DNA of 31,169 nt, from contig JBHLOC010000036.1 of the NCBI GenBank assembly GCA_048940925.1, forward strand, positions 15,923 through 47,091, read 5' to 3'. The stretch is from Promethearchaeota archaeon. GTDB lineage: Archaea; Asgardarchaeota; Lokiarchaeia; Sigyniarchaeales; SOKP01. The position numbers and the translations under genes were made by a program. Below are positions 27,211 to 31,169 of this stretch, one piece after another. The notes beneath the pieces were generated by a model that saw nothing but the letters and a program-made list of their open reading frames with translations, was not told the origin of the DNA and ran no database searches. Each line of letters starts with the position of its first letter. Positions within the stretch are counted from its first letter, which is position 1.

Positions 27211-28221
27211 ATGAATGTATCGATAAAAGAAGAAGCACATATAATTTATTCAGATCCTAATCGAATCAATGAGAATAAATTTTCAAATGAATTTATCATC
27301 ATAGTTCAAGATCTAGAAAAATCATTCGATAATATTAAAGCCGTTGATGGTATTAGCCTTAAAGTTCGCAAAGGTGAATTATTTTCACTTTTAGGCCCTA
27401 ATGGAGCGGGGAAATCTACAACTATTAGAATGCTTACGACGGTATTAAAACCCTCTAATGGAGATGCAAGAATCACAGATTATAGCCTGATAAAAGAAAA
27501 AAATAAAATTAAACCACTTATTGGCGTATGTCCTCAAGAAAATGTTGTTTTTGAAGCCTTAACAGCAGAGGATAATGTGGAATTTGTTGGTCGAATGCAT
27601 GGAATGGATCCTACTGAGTTAAAAAAGCGAACAAAAATTTTGTTAGAGAAAATGAATATTGCAGGACGAAAAAAGTCTGCAAAATCATTTTCTGGAGGAA
27701 TGAAACGACGTTTAAATATTGTAATGAGCCTTATTCATCAACCACAGATTTTATTTTTGGATGAACCAAGCGCGGGGTTAGATCCTCAAGCAAGACGCCT
27801 AGTATGGGACTTTATCAAAGATCTTAAAAATACGGGAATGACAATCATTCTTACTACCCATGATATGGTAGAAGCTGATGTGTTAAGCGATCATATCGCA
27901 ATCATGGATCATGGTAAAATTATTGCTTCTGGAACCTTAGAAGAACTAAAACGGAATTCGCATAATGGAAATATTCTTGAGTTTAGTTTCTTTTCCAGAG
28001 AAGAGCTTATTCAAGCAAAAAACAAGTTAAAAAAAATAGATAATGTGAAAAAAATCACAAATACGGAAAATAATAAGTTAATTATCTCTTTTACTGGAGG
28101 AGTTAAGACTTTTAAACAAGAAATTTTACGTGAGGTAGAATCATTTAAAACTTTACACTTCAGGGAAGATTCTCTTGAAGATATATTTCTAAAATTAACA
28201 GGTAGGGGGTTACGCGATTAA
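27211..28221 (+). CDS. ABC-2 type (DrrA/NodI-like) exporter ATP-binding subunit
   Basis: GPNGAGKST, FSGGMKRR, LDEPSAGLDP, TTH, SLEDIFLKLTG. ATG at 27211 preferred over TTG at 27166. Confidence 0.92.
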   Translation: MNVSIKEEAHIIYSDPNRINENKFSNEFIIIVQDLEKSFDNIKAVDGISLKVRKGELFSLLGPNGAGKSTTIRMLTTVLKPSNGDARITDYSLIKEKNKIKPLIGVCPQENVVFEALTAEDNVEFVGRMHGMDPTELKKRTKILLEKMNIAGRKKSAKSFSGGMKRRLNIVMSLIHQPQILFLDEPSAGLDPQARRLVWDFIKDLKNTGMTIILTTHDMVEADVLSDHIAIMDHGKIIASGTLEELKRNSHNGNILEFSFFSREELIQAKNKLKKIDNVKKITNTENNKLIISFTGGVKTFKQEILREVESFKTLHFREDSLEDIFLKLTGRGLRD

Positions 28222-29024
28222 TGAAAATGATTGATCTAAAAGCGTGGTATATCGCCAAGAAGAATGTAAAAGAAAAACTTAAGAATATTGGTTCGATGTT
28301 TTGGACTATTGCGTTTCCAATCATGATGTTAATTGTTTACAAGTTAGCCTTTAGTGAAGATGGAGATTATATGATAAATGGATTAACAACTTTTGATGTG
28401 GAATTTCCAGGAATAGTTGTTTATACAATTGGCATGTCTACAGTAACAAGTGCAGTTATGTTTGCAATGAGCAAAAAAAATGGGACACTAGAGCGTTTAG
28501 ATTCAATGCCTGTGAGTCGTGGAAATGTATTTTTAGGAGCTGTAATTTCTGAAACGATTTTCATGAATATTCAACTCATTATAATATTTGCATTTGGATA
28601 TGGGATCTTAGGGGCTCATTTTGAACTTGCAATGATGCCGCTTGGATACTTAATTGCAGTGATTTATGGCATTGCAGCTATCGGATTAGGACTTATTATT
28701 GCAAGTTTTCTTAATTCTCCTGAAGGAGCGAATGGATTTGCAATGTTGGCTCATATGTCCTTAATGTTTGTATCAGGATCATTTTTCCCCTTGGATAATG
28801 GGGGTGTGTTCTTTACTCCCCAGTATTGGGTCAAACAAGTTTATCTCCAATTAACAGTTGTCGGCGATTCCTTTTCAGATTTGTTGTATAGTGGTACTAT
28901 AATTACTCCTACTTCTGAAGCCACTATCATTCCAATATGGGGAGGAATTCTCATGATATTAGTATTCACTGCTATATTTATTATTTTAGGAATTAAAATC
29001 TTTCAGAAAAAAACGACACTTTAA
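28221..29024 (+). CDS. ABC-2 type exporter permease
   Basis: About 6 TM helices; GTLERLDSMPVSR, FVSGSFFP; TAATG overlap with the ATPase gene. Confidence 0.92.
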   Translation: MKMIDLKAWYIAKKNVKEKLKNIGSMFWTIAFPIMMLIVYKLAFSEDGDYMINGLTTFDVEFPGIVVYTIGMSTVTSAVMFAMSKKNGTLERLDSMPVSRGNVFLGAVISETIFMNIQLIIIFAFGYGILGAHFELAMMPLGYLIAVIYGIAAIGLGLIIASFLNSPEGANGFAMLAHMSLMFVSGSFFPLDNGGVFFTPQYWVKQVYLQLTVVGDSFSDLLYSGTIITPTSEATIIPIWGGILMILVFTAIFIILGIKIFQKKTTL

Positions 29025-29385
29025 ATTCATTAAATTTTTTTTCTTTTTTTTATCTACTTTGTTGATTCAGTATTTTTTTTTTGAATATAGAATCGGGAAA
29101 ATAAAGAGAGAATTGTTAAAAATCATGGATAGTCAAAAAGAACTGTATAAAATGCGTCAAATAAAAAAAACTATTGATCTATTATTAATTTTTACTCAAG
29201 GAAGTTTTATGGTTTTTGAAGGGGAAGAGGAAGGAAATATCATTTAAGTTGACATTAAATCTATATAAAATAATAAATTTTTAGAAATCTCCTTAATAGC
29301 CACTAATCATTAGTTGTTGCTCTTATGGTACATAAATGTTATGTTCTAATGTAAGGAAATATATCTTTTATTTAGGTGATTATCA

Positions 29386-31169
29386 ATTAGTACTATAGAA
29401 TGTTCAACATCTTTTTGTGAAGAAATTGAGGAGGAATCAAAAGAAGAATCGTTTTTTGAAGAACATTTTTGGTATTTCCTTATACCTGCAGGGATACTAT
29501 TAGCTCTCTCAATTTTTATAGGAATTGTATTTAAATTGATAATCGTCGATCAAATATTAGCTATTTTGTCAATTTTTCTTTCAAGTTCAGGTGTCGTAAA
29601 AGAAGCAATTGAAGATATCAAAAATAAAAAAATTACGGCAAATATATTAATGTTGACTGCTGTTATAGCCTCATTTTTCATCTTTCATGGGCAAGAAGGT
29701 GCAACGGCTATATTATTGTATGCTATCGCAGAAAGATTAGAGGTAATAACAACAGATAAGTCAAGAAATGCTATTAAAGAATTGTTAGAACTTGCTCCTG
29801 ATGATGCATTGTTAAAATCTGAAAATGGATATGTGAATATTCCCTCAAAGGAAGTAAAAGTGGGGGATATCATTGGCATAAAACCGGGTATGAAAGTACC
29901 ATTAGATGGAGTTATCATAAAGGGAAAATCTTATTTTGACGAGAGTGCGATCACTGGTGAATCTATTCCAGTTTTTAAACAAGAAGGTGATGAAATATTT
30001 GCTGCAAGCTTAAATTCTGATAGCTTTATAGATATTGAGGTTACAAGAGAAAGTACAAATACTATTGTAGCTCAAATTGCTGAAAGCGTGAAAATTGCCC
30101 AACAAAATAAAAGTAAACATGAGAAATTTATTGAAAAATTTGCTAAATATTATACACCAATAATTCTTTTTTCATCTATTTTAGTAATGGTTATCCCTCC
30201 TTTATTTGGGTTAAACTTTTATATTTGGTTTTATCGCGGATTAATCTTGTTAGTGGTTTCTTGTCCCTGCGCTCTTACATTATCTACTCCCTTAGCAAAT
30301 ATAGCATCTTTAACTAAGCAAGCACGGGAAGGTATTCTGGTAAAGGGAAATAGATTTATAGAAAAATTACATGATATTGAAGTTTTTGCATTTGATAAGA
30401 CTGGAACACTTACTGAGGGTAAACTAAAGGTTTTTGATATATATGCCTATAATAGTGCAATTAAATCAGACATAATAAGCATAGCTGCTAGTTTAGAAGT
30501 TCTTTCAGAACATCCTATTGGAAATGCAATAGTTAAACAAGCAAAAGATATGGATTTACCTTTTCATAATGTTGATAATTTTGAAATTGTAAAAGGGAGA
30601 GGAATAAAAGGAAAAATTAATAATGAAATGTTTTATGTGGGTAGTCAAAAATTCTTTGAAAAGTTGGATTATGAAATTCCTATTCATGATATCAAGGAGG
30701 TCGAAAATTTAGGGACTATTCCAATTTTATTAGGTAATGAAAAACATCTATTAGGAATTATTACAATTAGGGATGTTTTAAGAGTTACAGCCCCTGTCTT
30801 AATAGATGGCTTAAAGAAAAGAGGCTACGAAACGGTGTTAATTTCAGGTGATAATCAGAAAGTATGTGATTCAATAGGGGCCTGTCTAAATATAGATCAT
30901 GCTTACGGTGAACATTTGCCAGACCAAAAACTACAAGAAATCAAAAATTTGAAACAGCAATATAAGGGTGTTGCAATGGTCGGAGATGGTATAAATGATG
31001 CTCCAGCATTAGCTCTTTCTGATTTAGGAATTGCAATTGGAGCTTCAGCTACAGATATTACAATGGAAACTGCAGATATCATCATTATTGGAGATGATTT
31101 AAACAAATTACTCACTTATATTGACATTTCTAAAAAGACAAATACAAAAATAAAACAAAACATTTGGAC
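29386..31169 (+). CDS. Heavy-metal translocating P1B-type ATPase (CadA/ZntA-like), 3' end outside window
   Basis: Not in ORF track. Frame open from 29380 to the window end: DESAITGES, SCPCALTLSTP, FDKTGTLT, SEHPIG, SGD, MVGDGINDAPALA. Start is uncertain (ATT at 29386 behind AGGTGA). Confidence 0.92.
   Translation, partial: MSTIECSTSFCEEIEEESKEESFFEEHFWYFLIPAGILLALSIFIGIVFKLIIVDQILAILSIFLSSSGVVKEAIEDIKNKKITANILMLTAVIASFFIFHGQEGATAILLYAIAERLEVITTDKSRNAIKELLELAPDDALLKSENGYVNIPSKEVKVGDIIGIKPGMKVPLDGVIIKGKSYFDESAITGESIPVFKQEGDEIFAASLNSDSFIDIEVTRESTNTIVAQIAESVKIAQQNKSKHEKFIEKFAKYYTPIILFSSILVMVIPPLFGLNFYIWFYRGLILLVVSCPCALTLSTPLANIASLTKQAREGILVKGNRFIEKLHDIEVFAFDKTGTLTEGKLKVFDIYAYNSAIKSDIISIAASLEVLSEHPIGNAIVKQAKDMDLPFHNVDNFEIVKGRGIKGKINNEMFYVGSQKFFEKLDYEIPIHDIKEVENLGTIPILLGNEKHLLGIITIRDVLRVTAPVLIDGLKKRGYETVLISGDNQKVCDSIGACLNIDHAYGEHLPDQKLQEIKNLKQQYKGVAMVGDGINDAPALALSDLGIAIGASATDITMETADIIIIGDDLNKLLTYIDISKKTNTKIKQNIW

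Noticed and set aside
29059-29247. 62-aa ORF upstream of the ATPase as a metal-responsive regulator
   Set aside because: No complete HTH or metal-binding motif, and it begins within T-rich terminator-like sequence; may be spurious or a remnant.
29347-29379. TGA at 29377 as a selenocysteine codon extending the ATPase N-terminus
   Set aside because: An in-frame TAA at 29347 lies upstream with no standard start codon between; the TGA is better explained as part of the ribosome-binding site.
4046-31115. Short track ORFs overlapping larger genes (4046, 4454, 9574, 11595, 14006, 16078, 16202, 16754, 18197, 19342, 19854, 20278, 22531, 23895, 29685, 30903)
   Set aside because: Antisense or alternate-frame shadows of well-supported CDS, with no recognisable motifs.
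1-31169. tRNA, rRNA or CRISPR array
   Set aside because: No GC-rich structured segments or regularly spaced direct repeats seen by eye in any intergenic region; small ncRNAs cannot be excluded without a covariance search.

Overview
AT-rich, gene-dense archaeal chromosomal segment. The gene content (N-terminal 'EEL..AE.L' TPR protein, longin/uDENN-like and roadblock-like small proteins, PAC2 chaperone, SufCB/SMS pair, Cys-rich 4Fe-4S proteins) points to an Asgard archaeon, most likely Lokiarchaeia; this is inferred, not searched. About 29 CDS are present. Two are absent from the ORF track because they run off the window ends: a TPR protein (1-1057, minus) and a P1B heavy-metal ATPase (about 29386 to the end, plus). 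I saw no rRNA, tRNA, CRISPR array, transposase or integrase. Main points: (1) an apparently fused NAD(P)-dependent SDR::QueC protein with a divergent QueC active site, transcribed divergently from queD and a DUF166 gene, which is a candidate novel 7-deazaguanine/pterin pathway branch; (2) a SAM methyltransferase plus an HgcAB-like corrinoid/ferredoxin fusion with an unusual CxxC cap helix; (3) a MoxR AAA+ ATPase and a HEXXH-vWA protein separated by a 9 kb methyltransferase-rich block that holds a doubly frameshifted ClC gene and a hidden relic of the neighbouring F420-dependent nitroreductase gene; (4) a sufCB (SMS) run co-oriented with a wHTH protein, a longin/uDENN-like protein, a polytopic membrane protein and a peroxiredoxin-like protein.
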